From an uncultured Lachnospiraceae bacterium (GTDB taxonomy: Bacteria; Bacillota; Clostridia; Oscillospirales; CAG-272), in NCBI GenBank assembly GCA_964403505.1, contig CAYOFP010000008.1, forward strand, positions 1,750 through 65,749: a DNA stretch of 64,000 nucleotides. The letters are read 5' to 3'. Positions within the stretch are counted from its first letter, which is position 1, and each line of letters begins with the position of its first letter. Below are positions 38,127-49,341 of the stretch, one piece after another. Under the pieces are notes generated by a model that saw only the letters and a list, made by a program, of their open reading frames with translations, searched no databases and was not told the origin of the DNA. The position numbers and the translations under genes are program-made.

Positions 38127-38462
38127 CTATATAATAAGTTCTTTTACACGGCTTATGATATCATCGATATTGTCATCGGTCTGAATTTCGGAAAGACGGC
38201 GGAGAATGAATTCAAGATTCTTGTTCTGCTCCTTGAATTTATCACATAAATGTAACTTTCTCTCGCATCTGTCAAGGATGTTTTCGCTCTTTTTGATCGC
38301 GTCACGAACACCCTGACGTGTGATGCCTGCGATATCCGAGACCTCAGACAGAGAGAGGTCGTCTCCGTAATAGAGCTCCATGAGCTCCTTCTGCCGTTCT
38401 GTCAGCATCGGTGAATAAAAGTCGTAAAGCATTGCCATATTTGTTTTGTTTTCGAGTTCCAT
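38127..38462 (-). CDS. ylxM: YlxM family DNA-binding protein
   Basis: LYDFYSPMLTERQKE..DLSLSE..ITRQGVRD; located upstream of ffh. Confidence 0.9.
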   Translation of the reverse strand: MELENKTNMAMLYDFYSPMLTERQKELMELYYGDDLSLSEVSDIAGITRQGVRDAIKKSENILDRCERKLHLCDKFKEQNKNLEFILRRLSEIQTDDNIDDIISRVKELII

Positions 38463-38610
38463 TTTTGCCTCTGTAAAGTGAATCGCTTTACTGATGATAA
38501 CACAAATCAGCCTGTTTGTCAAGGTCCCAAAGAAAATTTTTCTCAAAATATTGTCATATCTGCATTTTTGTGATAAAATATAATGAAAATTTATGTAAGG
38601 AAAAAATATA

Positions 38611-40341
38611 ATGATAGAGTTAAAGAAAAAACTTTCATCAGCGATAGCGCAAAAACTCTCTGAGATATCTGAGAATTGTGGGCTTTCGGCAGAGGATATT
38701 TATGATATGCTTGAATACCCGCCCGATGACACGATGGGCGATCTTGCACTTCCGTGCTTTAAGCTCAGCCGTTCGCTGCGTATGGCGCCTCCTGCCATTG
38801 CCTCTGCGATCGGCGGGGGACTTTCCTGCGAGGGAATCGCATCCTGTGATGTCGCAGGCGGATATCTGAATTTTAAGCTTGACGCATCGTTTTTTGCAAA
38901 AACGGTAAATACCGTTCTCGATATGGGTGAAAAATACGGCTCGAGCGATATGGGAAAGGGAAAGACGGTCGTGCTCGACTATTCGTCGCCTAATGTAGCG
39001 AAGCCCTTTCATATCGGACATCTCGGTACTACAGTGATCGGTCATTCGATAAAGAAAATGCATGAGTTCGCAGGATACAAATGCGTCGGCATCAATTACC
39101 TAGGCGATTGGGGAACGCAGTTCGGTAAGCTGATCTGCGCCTATAAAAAATGGGGCAGTAAAGAGGATATCGAGACGGGCGGCATCGACAAGCTCGTCGA
39201 GCTTTACGTAAAAATAAATAATGCGATCGGCGATGAGGAAAAGGAGGGCGTTGCCGCCCTCGCCGATGAATCCCGTGCGGAGTTCCGCAAAATGGAGCAG
39301 GGTGATGAAGAAAACATCGCACTCTGGAAATGGTTTATTGAGATATCTCTTGCGGAATATGAGAAAACATATAAGCAGCTCGGTATCACCTTTGACAGCT
39401 ATAAGGGCGAGAGCTTCTATACCGATAAAATGCCAGCGCAGGTCGAAAAACTGCGTGAGAGCGGACTTCTGAAGCTGGATGACGGCGCATCGATCGTCGA
39501 CCTGTCGGATTACGGTATGCCGCCCTGCCTGATACTCAAAAAGGACGGCTCGACCCTGTATCCGACCCGTGATATTGCCGCTGCCGTATACCGTAAGGAA
39601 ACGTATGACTTTGATAAATGTATCTATGTCACGAGTGCAGGGCAGAGTCTGCATTTTGCGCAGTGGTTCAAGGTCGTCGAGCTCATGGGCTATGACTGGC
39701 ATGATAAGCTCGTTCACGTGCCGTACGGTACGGTCAGCATAAACGGCGAGAAGCTCGCAACGAGAACGGGAAATGTCATCCTTCTGCGGGATCTGTTTGC
39801 CCTTGCGATAGAAAAGGTATCTCAGATCATGGAGGAGAAAAATCCCGACCTCGAAAATAAAGCGGAGACGGCGGAGGCTGTCGGCGTAGGCGCTGTCATA
39901 TTCTATTATCTTTCCAATTCCCGTATCAAGGATATCAACTTCATGATGGAGGATGCGCTTTCCTTTGAGGGAAATACAGGTCCGTATGCGCAGTACACAT
40001 ATGCGAGGACCTGCTCGATACTCGAGAAGGCCGGCGGAAGACCTGCGGGCGATATCAGTGCACAGGATTTCACCACAAGCGAGGAAATGGCGCTTGCGAA
40101 GGTCTTATCGACCTTTGGCGAAAAGCTGCTTTCGGCGATGCGTGAATATGAGCCCTTTATCATAACCCGTTATATCCTCGATGTATGCGCTGCATTCAAC
40201 CGTTTCTATCACGAGTGCCGCATCGTAACCGAGGAAGACGAAAAGATACGCCGTGCAAGGATACTGCTCACAGCGGCGACACGTCAGACGCTCTCCAATG
40301 CGTTTGACCTCATATGCTTAAAGAAACCCGAAAAAATATAA
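38611..40341 (+). CDS. argS: arginine--tRNA ligase
   Basis: DYSSPNVAKPFHIGH, NYLGDWGTQFG, GNTGPYAQY. Confidence 0.96.
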   Translation: MIELKKKLSSAIAQKLSEISENCGLSAEDIYDMLEYPPDDTMGDLALPCFKLSRSLRMAPPAIASAIGGGLSCEGIASCDVAGGYLNFKLDASFFAKTVNTVLDMGEKYGSSDMGKGKTVVLDYSSPNVAKPFHIGHLGTTVIGHSIKKMHEFAGYKCVGINYLGDWGTQFGKLICAYKKWGSKEDIETGGIDKLVELYVKINNAIGDEEKEGVAALADESRAEFRKMEQGDEENIALWKWFIEISLAEYEKTYKQLGITFDSYKGESFYTDKMPAQVEKLRESGLLKLDDGASIVDLSDYGMPPCLILKKDGSTLYPTRDIAAAVYRKETYDFDKCIYVTSAGQSLHFAQWFKVVELMGYDWHDKLVHVPYGTVSINGEKLATRTGNVILLRDLFALAIEKVSQIMEEKNPDLENKAETAEAVGVGAVIFYYLSNSRIKDINFMMEDALSFEGNTGPYAQYTYARTCSILEKAGGRPAGDISAQDFTTSEEMALAKVLSTFGEKLLSAMREYEPFIITRYILDVCAAFNRFYHECRIVTEEDEKIRRARILLTAATRQTLSNAFDLICLKKPEKI

Positions 40342-40351
40342 GGAGGCTGTC

Positions 40352-41086
40352 ATGTCAGGACATTCTAAATGGAAAAATATAATGCATAAAAAGGAGAAGA
40401 CCGATGCGCAGAGAGCGAAGGTTTTCACTAAGATCGGTAAAGAGATGGCGATCGCCATCCGTGAGGGCGGTGCAGACCCTGCCTCTAACTCCAAATTAAA
40501 GGATCTCATTGCAAAGGCGAAGAGCAATAATGTGCCGAACGATAATATCGAGCGTATTATTAAGAAGGCGGCAGGCGGCGATAACGCCGATTATGAGGAG
40601 CTCTACTATGAGGGTTACGGTCCGTCGGGCGTTGCCGTTATCGTTTATACAACGACTGATAACAGAAACAGGACAGCATCCGATGTCCGCCATTATTTTG
40701 ATAAATTCGGCGGAAACCTCGGTCAGACGGGATGTGTCAGCTATCTTTTCGAGGATAAGGGACATATCGTGATCGTTGACGAAGATAAGGAACTTGACGA
40801 GGATAAGCTCATGGAGGATGCGCTCGAGGCAGGTGCCGAGGACTTCCAGGCGGACGACGGCGTGTATGAGATATTTACTGAGCCGGACGATCTTTCGGCT
40901 GTCCGTGCAGATCTTGAGGCAAAGGGATATACGCTCGATTCTGCCGAAAAGGATAAGATCCCCTCGACCTATGTTACGCTTACAAACGAGGATGATATCA
41001 AGCATATGAGCCTGCTTCTCGAGCATCTCGAGGATAATGACGACGTTCAGGAAGTATACCATAACTGGGAAAACTGCGACGAATAA
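40352..41086 (+). CDS. yebC: YebC/PmpR family protein
   Basis: MSGHSKWKNI, YEGYGPSGV, TDNRNRT, DDVQEVYHN. Confidence 0.95.
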   Translation: MSGHSKWKNIMHKKEKTDAQRAKVFTKIGKEMAIAIREGGADPASNSKLKDLIAKAKSNNVPNDNIERIIKKAAGGDNADYEELYYEGYGPSGVAVIVYTTTDNRNRTASDVRHYFDKFGGNLGQTGCVSYLFEDKGHIVIVDEDKELDEDKLMEDALEAGAEDFQADDGVYEIFTEPDDLSAVRADLEAKGYTLDSAEKDKIPSTYVTLTNEDDIKHMSLLLEHLEDNDDVQEVYHNWENCDE

Positions 41087-41134
41087 CAAAGGGGCGCTTT
41101 GCGCCCCTTTCGTCTTTTAAGAAGGTTTTTGAAA

Positions 41135-41350
41135 ATGAAAGAATTAAGACCCGGAAAATATAAGCACTTCAAGGGTGGGGAATACGAGCTTTTGTTTATA
41201 GCGAAAAATTCCGAAACCCTTGAGGATATGGTCGTATACAAGGCATTGTACGGAGAGGGAGATATCTGGGTGCGTCCTGCCTCGATGTGGAATGAGACTG
41301 TCCTGCGTGACGGCAGGGAATATGAGAGATTTACGTATGTCGGAACATAA
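41135..41350 (+). CDS. DUF1653 domain protein
   Basis: PGKYKHFKGGEY..SETLEDMVVYKALYGE..WVRP. Confidence 0.85.
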   Translation: MKELRPGKYKHFKGGEYELLFIAKNSETLEDMVVYKALYGEGDIWVRPASMWNETVLRDGREYERFTYVGT

Positions 41351-42542
41351 ACGCCGCAGAGCAAATAGCAGGCAGGAACATGACGCTATGCGCCGTGCCG
41401 AGATCGAAAAGGCACGTGTGATCCGTGCCGCAAAAGAACGGGCGAGGAGAGAGCGCCGCAAACGGGAGACGCAAAAGAGACTTACTCTGTTTTTTGTGCT
41501 GTGTCTTGTCATAATCGTTGTGATGATCTTCGCCGTTGTCAGTCTGTTTAAGATCGCTCTGTCGAGGAAAGCGGATGTCCCGGTCGATAATCCCGTGGAC
41601 GCATCTCAGAGCGAGGCATCCGCCGAAACAAACGCTCCGACAGAGGCTACGATGCCCGAGAGTCAACCCGTCTATACTCCGCCGTCTGTGGACGAGAGCC
41701 GGGATCAGACTCAGAGCGTTAAACCCACGGTCGCATCCTTTTCGAGCGACAGCAGGAGCGTATCGCTTTCGGGCACTGTGCGCAGCGAGTGTGCGATACT
41801 CGTTGACGTCAGTGCAGGGCGTATTGTCGCATCACGCGGTGCGGATAAAAAGGTGTACCCGGCGTCACTTACTAAGGTGATGAGCCTCGTCACCGCATAT
41901 GAGCATGTCAAAAATATCGACCGTGAGTATATCACCATGACATATGATATCCTGAATCCGCTTATCGTCTCGGGTAATTCGCTCGCTGGTTTTGAGGTCG
42001 GTGAGAGCGTATCGGTACGTGAATATATGTACGGTATGATCATGCCGTCGGGCGCTGATGCGGCAGAGGCGATTGCGGTTTACTGCGGAGGCAGTATCGC
42101 AGGCTTTGCGGATATGATGAATAAAAAGGCGGCTGAGCTCGGCATGAAGAACAGCCATTTCTCAAACCCCGTGGGTGATTTCAGTGAGGAGAATTACAGC
42201 ACGGTGTATGACCTTTCGGTGCTTCTTGCATATGCATATCAGTATCCCGATCTTGCCGAGATATTGAGTGCTTATCGGCATACGACACCGGCGACAGAGT
42301 ATCATCCGGACGGTATCTATTTTGAGTCAAATCTCCAACAGCGCATGAAGGGCGATGAATCGGGAAGCTGCAATGTTCTCGGCGGCAAAACGGGATATAC
42401 GAGCGAGTCGGGGCATTGCGTGATGTGCTATGCAACGTCAGTTCGTGACGGCAGGCCGTATATTTTTGTTTCCTGTAAAGGAAAGGCGCTCTATGATCCG
42501 ATCAACGACTGTATCGACGTGCTGAAAAAATATGTTGAATAA
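41337..42542 (+). CDS. D-alanyl-D-alanine carboxypeptidase (peptidase S11), membrane-anchored
   Basis: PASLTK (SxxK), PSGAD and GKTGYT motifs; N-terminal TM. Start position uncertain. Confidence 0.85.
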   Translation: MSEHKRRRANSRQEHDAMRRAEIEKARVIRAAKERARRERRKRETQKRLTLFFVLCLVIIVVMIFAVVSLFKIALSRKADVPVDNPVDASQSEASAETNAPTEATMPESQPVYTPPSVDESRDQTQSVKPTVASFSSDSRSVSLSGTVRSECAILVDVSAGRIVASRGADKKVYPASLTKVMSLVTAYEHVKNIDREYITMTYDILNPLIVSGNSLAGFEVGESVSVREYMYGMIMPSGADAAEAIAVYCGGSIAGFADMMNKKAAELGMKNSHFSNPVGDFSEENYSTVYDLSVLLAYAYQYPDLAEILSAYRHTTPATEYHPDGIYFESNLQQRMKGDESGSCNVLGGKTGYTSESGHCVMCYATSVRDGRPYIFVSCKGKALYDPINDCIDVLKKYVE

Positions 42543-42560
42543 TCAAAAAAACGCCGTGCT

Positions 42561-43952
42561 TCAATTCTTTTGAAGCGCAGCGTTTTTTTCTGATGTGGAC
42601 CTTTTTAATTTATGGTATGTACGGACATAGCATATCAGAAGAGCACAGAATGTAATTACCCAGGATATCGGATAGGATAAGAGCAGTATCGTAAATGAGT
42701 GAAACGTTTCTTTCTGGAAAAGTGTATATATGAATATAACACGCAGAACACAGATTCCGATAATCGTTATCAGCATAGGCTGTGTAGAGTTTCCCATTCC
42801 GCGGATAACTCCCGAGGTGACGTTCATAATGCCACAGGTGAAATATGTCAGCGGTATGATCGCAAGTCGGGTGATTCCGTATGAAATAGACTCAGGTGCA
42901 CTCGGCAGATAAATTGAGAGCAGGGGCTTAGCAAATGCAAATGTGCTCGCACCGAAGGATATGCCTGTGAGGGTAACAAACAGCATACTGAGCGTAAAAA
43001 CGATCGGTATATTTGCATACTTTTTCGCACCGACATTCTGAGAGGCGAAGTTTGTTGCCGTTTGGGAAAAGGAATCCATTGCCACGTAGGTAAAGCCTTC
43101 GAGACTTCCTGCCGCTGTGCTTCCGTCCAGCACTACTGCGCCAAAAGAGTTGATGGACGATTGTATTATCACATTTGAAATTGAGAAAAGCGAGCTTTGT
43201 ATGCCTGCAGGCAGTCCGATTTTTATGATATTAATTATCGCGCGGGAGGAGAAATGCATTTTTTTCAATATCAGCCGTGTCGCATTGTGCCTGTGCGATA
43301 ATGATATCAGCACGAGAATGCAGGAGAGCGTCTGTGATATCACCGTGGCGAGTGCGACCCCCGCAACATTCATTTTCACGACCGTTACGAAGAATACATT
43401 TAAAAATACATTGAGTATTCCGGCAAGCGACAGGAAAATGAGCGGTGAGCGTGTGTCGCCGTCTGCGCGGAGGATTGCCGCACCGAAATTATATACGATA
43501 TTCGGTATCGTGCCGATGAAATATATTTTCATGTAAAGCGCCGAGAGGGAAATGATCTCTTCGGGCGTTTTTGTAAGAGAGAGAAAGGTATCTGCACATA
43601 AAAATCCGATCAGCGAAATAAAAGCTCCGCCGATTATTGCCATAGGGATCGCCGTGTGAACATATCGGCTCGTCATTTCGTCGTCCTTTGCACCGATCGA
43701 TTGCGCGACGCATACACCTGCGCCGACGGATAGGCCGAGAAACAGATTGATCGTGAGCTGAATGAGTGTCGATGTCGCACCGACCGCTCCGAGCGAATCT
43801 TCACCGCAAAATCTGCCGACCACGATCATATCGGCGGCATTGAATAAAAGCTGTAAAACGCCTGTTGCCACGATAGGCAGGGCATATCGTATTATCTTTT
43901 TGGGAAAAGGTCCGTCGCAGAGCGACATCGACCTTTTTGATATCTTATCCAT
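42561..43952 (-). CDS. MATE family efflux transporter
   Basis: LQLLFNAADMIVVGRF, LRADGDTRSPL, GVALAT, SQNVGAK. Confidence 0.9.
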   Translation of the reverse strand: MDKISKRSMSLCDGPFPKKIIRYALPIVATGVLQLLFNAADMIVVGRFCGEDSLGAVGATSTLIQLTINLFLGLSVGAGVCVAQSIGAKDDEMTSRYVHTAIPMAIIGGAFISLIGFLCADTFLSLTKTPEEIISLSALYMKIYFIGTIPNIVYNFGAAILRADGDTRSPLIFLSLAGILNVFLNVFFVTVVKMNVAGVALATVISQTLSCILVLISLSHRHNATRLILKKMHFSSRAIINIIKIGLPAGIQSSLFSISNVIIQSSINSFGAVVLDGSTAAGSLEGFTYVAMDSFSQTATNFASQNVGAKKYANIPIVFTLSMLFVTLTGISFGASTFAFAKPLLSIYLPSAPESISYGITRLAIIPLTYFTCGIMNVTSGVIRGMGNSTQPMLITIIGICVLRVIFIYTLFQKETFHSFTILLLSYPISWVITFCALLICYVRTYHKLKRSTSEKNAALQKN

Positions 43953-44093
43953 CTATATAAACCTCTCACAATATTATACTCACGTTAAAATAAAAATCAA
44001 TAGAAAACCGCCGAAAAAACAGCGATTTCCTTGATTTTTGTAATAAGTGCAAGAAAATGATTTGACGCTAAAATGAAAATTTTTCAAAAAGCA

Positions 44094-44122
44094 TTGACAA
44101 ACACGCTATGTGTGTGTATAAT
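44094..44122 (+). promoter_or_regulatory. consensus sigma-A promoter
   Basis: TTGACA, 17-bp spacer, TATAAT upstream of the ABC gene. Confidence 0.75.
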
Positions 44123-44159
44123 AACTGTACTACAACAAATAGGACAGTGAGGGAAAATA

Positions 44160-46823
44160 ATGTTACAGACAAAGAATTTAACGAAAAGATACAAGCCCAA
44201 AAAAGGCGTACCCGTTACGGCGCTTGACTCAGTGTCGCTCAAATTTCCCGAGACGGGCATGGTATTTCTGCTCGGTAAATCGGGCAGCGGTAAGTCAACG
44301 CTGCTCAATCTGCTCGGCGGTCTCGATACCTACGACAGCGGCGAGATAATTATAAAGGGCGTATCGTCCAAGGATTTTAAGCAGAGCCATTTCGACTCGT
44401 ACAGAAATACCTATGTCGGCTTTATCTTTCAGGAATATAATGTGCTCGATGAGTTTACCGTCGGTGCGAATATTGCGCTTGCGATAGAATTGCAGGGCAG
44501 AAAGGCAAAAGACGAGGAGATCAATAAAATTCTGAACGAAGTCGACCTCGCAGGCTACGGCGACCGTAAGCCGAACGAGCTTTCGGGCGGTCAGAAGCAG
44601 AGAGTCGCCATCGCCCGTGCGCTTGTCAAAAATCCCGATATTATTATGGCGGATGAGCCGACGGGTGCGCTCGATTCGGCGACGGGAAAACAGGTGTTTG
44701 ACACGCTGAAGCGCCTTTCGCAGACGAAGCTCGTCATCGTCGTCTCGCATGATCGTGATTTTGCCGAGCAATATGCCGATCGGATCATTGAGCTGTCAGA
44801 CGGTAAGGTCATAGACGATATCGAGTATACAGGCGAGCAGAGAATCGAAGAGGAGTCCGCACTTGATTTTGCAGGGCCGAATATCCACATACCAAAAGGA
44901 TATAAGCTCACAGAGGAAGACCGTGCGATGATAAACGATTATATCGCAGCGCTCGATTCCGATGCGAAAATGGAAATAACCAATAAGAAAAAGACGCATG
45001 CCGGCGCACGTAAAACAGATGAGAGCAAAATAACATATAAAAACAGCAAACCCTTTGAGCTGATAAAGAGCCGCCTGCCGATGAGGAGTGCGTTCAAGAT
45101 CGGCTCGAGCGGCTTAAAGCACAAGAAGATACGCCTTGTCGTGACGATACTGCTTTCCTGTATTGCCTTTGGTCTGTTCGGACTTGCCGATACATTCGGT
45201 TCGTATAATCATATCAAGACCTGTACGAACTCCATCGTAGATTCAAAAGTGTCCTATCTCTCTGTTGAAAAGCAGAGAAAATATGACTCGGGTATTGCAG
45301 AGTATTATGCAAACTACGGTTTTAAACTCGGCGGCGCAGACCTGAAGGAGATCGAAGAAAATACCGGCGTTAAGGTAAAGGGTGTTTACCCGTCGGACAA
45401 TTTACTCGATCTGCGTGAGTCGTATGACGTAAATGCCTCCTTCACAGAGTCGAACTTTCATATTTACGCCTATGCGCTCAACGGCTTTGCAGAGCTGTCC
45501 GCAGAAGAGCTTGACGCCTTCGGCTATCAGCTCACCTACGGCGCTATGCCTGACGGTGCAAAGGATGAGATCGCCATTTCGGAATATGTTGCGGAAACAT
45601 ATAAAATAGGCGGATTTGCAAACGGTAACGGCGGATACGATAAGATTACATCGGGCGCTGATCTGATCGGAAGAAAGCTTAATTTTGACGGCAGAGAGTA
45701 TACCGTAACAGGCATCATAGATACAAAGACCGATATCGGACGTTACCGTCCCCTGACCGAGGATCCGAGCGGACAGACAAATGCCGATCTGCTCATAAAG
45801 TACGCACTGTATAATGAACTTGCAAGTGAGCGTGACGGAAGCCTTTGTCAGGTAGCGATCGTCGGCGGCGGATTTATCGACAGATTTACCGCAGACCATA
45901 CTGCCTCCTATGCTTTGGCAGACGGCTATATCTATTTTTATGATAATAACGACAGATATATCGGCGTTGAGAAATGCATTGATTTTAAGGATGTCGATAA
46001 ATCCGTCATCACTTGGACCGACGGAGAAAAAAGCGTACTTTCCGATAAAGAGATAATTATCGCCCCCGACTCTACGTATGCGGAAGAGTATGATATGTTA
46101 TCGGGAACATATACCAAAATGGAATATTCTTACCATGACGGAGACAGAGGCGATGAAAGCGGATATAAGGTGGTAGGATATATCGATACGGAAAAATATC
46201 CGCAATATATTGATACGCTCGTTGCAAATAAGGCGGTTTTTGAAAATGTTGCCGATATGAGCGGTGGCATCTATTCCTATGCGGTCGGTGCTATGCCGGG
46301 CGATGCGGCAAAGGTAAAGGATATCGTAACGTATTGCTATTCGGAGGGTGACTACCGCTATGCGATGACGAATTCCGTCACATATGAGCTTGATACGGTA
46401 AACGGTGTATTGAAGGTCTTATCGAAAGTATTCCTGTATGTCGGTATCGGCTTTGCGCTCTTTGCGGCGCTCATGCTCGCAAACTTCATCGGAACGAGTA
46501 TTTCCTATAAAAAACAGGAGATCGGTATTCTGCGTGCGATCGGCTCACGCTCAAACGATGTCTTTGCCATATTCTTTGCTGAGAGCTTTATCATCGCAAT
46601 GATAAATTTCGTTTTATCATCCATCGGAGTGGGAGTCGTGACGGCGTTTATCAACCATCTGTTGCGAACGCAAGCCGGTATATTGATCACTGTGCTTAAT
46701 TTCGGCATAAGGCAGATCGCCCTGCTTCTTGCGGTCAGCCTTGCAATCGCCGCTATCTCCAGCTTTATTCCCGTAAAGCGCATTGCCTCCAAACGCCCGA
46801 TAGACGCGATCCGCGGAAGATAA
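44160..46823 (+). CDS. fused ABC ATPase/FtsX-type permease (MacB-like)
   Basis: [25 protein letters not shown]; C-terminal KKQEIGILRAIG permease motif. Confidence 0.88.
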   Translation: MLQTKNLTKRYKPKKGVPVTALDSVSLKFPETGMVFLLGKSGSGKSTLLNLLGGLDTYDSGEIIIKGVSSKDFKQSHFDSYRNTYVGFIFQEYNVLDEFTVGANIALAIELQGRKAKDEEINKILNEVDLAGYGDRKPNELSGGQKQRVAIARALVKNPDIIMADEPTGALDSATGKQVFDTLKRLSQTKLVIVVSHDRDFAEQYADRIIELSDGKVIDDIEYTGEQRIEEESALDFAGPNIHIPKGYKLTEEDRAMINDYIAALDSDAKMEITNKKKTHAGARKTDESKITYKNSKPFELIKSRLPMRSAFKIGSSGLKHKKIRLVVTILLSCIAFGLFGLADTFGSYNHIKTCTNSIVDSKVSYLSVEKQRKYDSGIAEYYANYGFKLGGADLKEIEENTGVKVKGVYPSDNLLDLRESYDVNASFTESNFHIYAYALNGFAELSAEELDAFGYQLTYGAMPDGAKDEIAISEYVAETYKIGGFANGNGGYDKITSGADLIGRKLNFDGREYTVTGIIDTKTDIGRYRPLTEDPSGQTNADLLIKYALYNELASERDGSLCQVAIVGGGFIDRFTADHTASYALADGYIYFYDNNDRYIGVEKCIDFKDVDKSVITWTDGEKSVLSDKEIIIAPDSTYAEEYDMLSGTYTKMEYSYHDGDRGDESGYKVVGYIDTEKYPQYIDTLVANKAVFENVADMSGGIYSYAVGAMPGDAAKVKDIVTYCYSEGDYRYAMTNSVTYELDTVNGVLKVLSKVFLYVGIGFALFAALMLANFIGTSISYKKQEIGILRAIGSRSNDVFAIFFAESFIIAMINFVLSSIGVGVVTAFINHLLRTQAGILITVLNFGIRQIALLLAVSLAIAAISSFIPVKRIASKRPIDAIRGR

Positions 46824-47020
46824 AAAAACAATACACTGCGAAAAGTATAGTATTTTTCGCAGTGTATTTCGCTATATCGAAGGTTTTTGTCACCAAAACA
46901 ACGATCGGTTGTATATTTCGCCTGTAAATAAACTTTGCGGTTCTTGAAATAGCAATATAAATTGGCTATAATATGATCAAGATAAGCGCTTATCAATCTA
47001 AATAAAGGTGGATTGAATTT

Positions 47021-48094
47021 ATGGAAATCAACTTAAAGGAAAAATTGCGTACATTAAGACAACAGAAAAACATTACACAGGAAGCGCTTGCCAATTATCT
47101 TGAAATAACTCCGCAATCGGTCGGCAAGTGGGAGCGCGGAGAAGGTTTTCCTGACATTACATTGTTACCGAAGATCGCATTTTATTTTGATATAACTGTT
47201 GATGAATTGCTTTGCGTTGACCGGGTGAGAGTAGAAGAAACAATTAGCGAATACGGAAGGCAAAGCAAGATCTATTATCAAAACGGAGATAATGAAAAGA
47301 ATCTCGAATTATGGGAAAAGGCATATGCTGAATTTCCGAATGACTGCCGTGTTATTGAAAAACTTATGTGTGCGATCAATAGGGATGCAGTATACCCTTG
47401 CCCGAGGGATAAGGCTGAGCGTATCATTGCGCTTGGAGAAGAACTTTTGCAAAAATCAACAGATGCAAGGCAAAGGGAAAGCGCAGTACAATGCTTGTGC
47501 TACACTTACAGTAACATTGACAAAGAAAAAGCGTTATATTATGCCGATATGAGCGGCAGCTTCGATATAACGAGCGAAGATCTCAGAACTACTATTCTTG
47601 ACGGTGAAGACGGGGTCAGGGCGTGTCAGATCTATATTATGTCGCTGATTCATACTGCTGCAATGACGGCTTCGAAAATGGCAACCAAAATACAGTTTTC
47701 TCACGAGGAGACTATTGAAGCTTATGAATTTGCCATTGATATTCTGAAGCGTTTGTATTCAGATGGAAACATCGGATTTTATGCCTTTGATGTATCGTAT
47801 TATTATCGCAACATTGCCTTGGAGTATGCTGAAATGAAGGATAATGAAAATACCCTGAAGGCGCTTGAAGAAAGCTGTAAATATGCAATAATTGAAGCAA
47901 ATCTGAAGGATATGAATTATACCGCACCTATGGTAAACCGTATGAAATATAAGAAATCAGATACTTATAAAAACTATAAGGGAAATGCTTGCAATTTGAG
48001 ACTGAAAGCATTGAAAGATAATCGGTTTGATTTTGTGCGGAATGAGGAGAGCTTCAAAAAGATTATTGCAGATCTTGAAAAATACGCAGAATAA
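47021..48094 (+). CDS. XRE regulator with TPR-like C-terminal domain
   Basis: LRQQKNITQEALANYLEITPQSVGKWERGEGFPDITLL. Confidence 0.88.
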   Translation: MEINLKEKLRTLRQQKNITQEALANYLEITPQSVGKWERGEGFPDITLLPKIAFYFDITVDELLCVDRVRVEETISEYGRQSKIYYQNGDNEKNLELWEKAYAEFPNDCRVIEKLMCAINRDAVYPCPRDKAERIIALGEELLQKSTDARQRESAVQCLCYTYSNIDKEKALYYADMSGSFDITSEDLRTTILDGEDGVRACQIYIMSLIHTAAMTASKMATKIQFSHEETIEAYEFAIDILKRLYSDGNIGFYAFDVSYYYRNIALEYAEMKDNENTLKALEESCKYAIIEANLKDMNYTAPMVNRMKYKKSDTYKNYKGNACNLRLKALKDNRFDFVRNEESFKKIIADLEKYAE

Positions 48095-48168
48095 GTTAAA
48101 AAAAGCCTTCGATAAGGGAAAACCTTATCGAAGGTTTTTTTCATACTATTGAATTCAAATAAACTGTC

Positions 48169-49341
48169 TTATTTTCTTGCGATACCCTGTTCTCTCGCAC
48201 AGTTTGCTACGGCCTCGGCAATGGCGGGGGCGACACGCTTGTCAAAAGCGTCGGGTATGATGTAATTCTCGTTTAGTTCATCGTCGCTGATGATTGAGGC
48301 GAGCGCCTTTGCGGCGGCGATCTTCATTTCCTCGGTGATGTCGCTTGCGAGGCAGTCGAGCGCACCTCGGAATACGCCGGGAAATGCGAGGACGTTATTG
48401 ATCTGATTCGGGAAGTCCGAGCGGCCTGTTCCTACCACTTTCGCACCTGCCGCTTTTGCGATATCGGGCATGATCTCGGGCACGGGATTTGCCATGGCGA
48501 AAATGATCGGGTCGCTTGCCATGCTTTTTACCATCTCGGGCGTCACAAGATTGGGTGCTGAGACTCCGAGAAATGCGTCAGCGCCTTTTATGACATCGGC
48601 GAGCGTACCTTTTTCTTTATTCGGATTCGTATGTTTTGAGAGCTCTGCGTGCGCCTCGGAGAGTCCCTCCATTCCCTCATATATTGCACCGCATTTGTCG
48701 CAATATATGATATTATTTACGCCGAATTTTGCAAAAAGCGAGCCGATCGCCGTTCCTGCCGCACCTGCGCCGCTGATAACGAGCTTGATGTCCCCGGCTT
48801 TTTTGCCGACGACCCGGAGTGCGTTGATAAGAGCGGCAGTTGCTATGATCGCAGTTCCGTGCTGATCGTCGTGGAATACCGGTATATCGCATATTTCCTT
48901 TAGCCTGCGCTCGATCTCAAAACAGCGGGGAGCGGAGATATCCTCTAAGTTGATACCGCCAAAGCTTCCGGCAAGGAGCGAAACCGTCTTCACTATCTCG
49001 TCGACATCTTTTGAGCGGATGCAGAGCGGGATGGCGTCAATATCGGCAAATTCTTTGAACAACAGACATTTACCCTCCATAACGGGCATGCCGGCCTCAG
49101 GGCCGATATCGCCTAAACCGAGTACCGCCGTTCCGTCGGTGACAACGGCGACAGTGTTCCAGCGTCGGGTGAGCTCATAGGATTTTGATATATCGTCTTT
49201 TATCGCAAGGCAGGGCTCGGCAACTCCGGGCGTGTATGCGACGGAAAGATCCTCTCGTGTAGTGACTCTTGTTACAGGCGAAATGGCAATTTTTCCCTTC
49301 CATTCATAATGTTTTTGAAGAGCATATTCTTTTTTATCCAT
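48169..49341 (-). CDS. NAD(P)-dependent malic enzyme
   Basis: AYTPGVA, TDGTAVLGLG, MPVMEGK, FHDDQHGTA, GAGAAG, GRSDFPNQINN. Confidence 0.93.
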   Translation of the reverse strand: MDKKEYALQKHYEWKGKIAISPVTRVTTREDLSVAYTPGVAEPCLAIKDDISKSYELTRRWNTVAVVTDGTAVLGLGDIGPEAGMPVMEGKCLLFKEFADIDAIPLCIRSKDVDEIVKTVSLLAGSFGGINLEDISAPRCFEIERRLKEICDIPVFHDDQHGTAIIATAALINALRVVGKKAGDIKLVISGAGAAGTAIGSLFAKFGVNNIIYCDKCGAIYEGMEGLSEAHAELSKHTNPNKEKGTLADVIKGADAFLGVSAPNLVTPEMVKSMASDPIIFAMANPVPEIMPDIAKAAGAKVVGTGRSDFPNQINNVLAFPGVFRGALDCLASDITEEMKIAAAKALASIISDDELNENYIIPDAFDKRVAPAIAEAVANCAREQGIARK

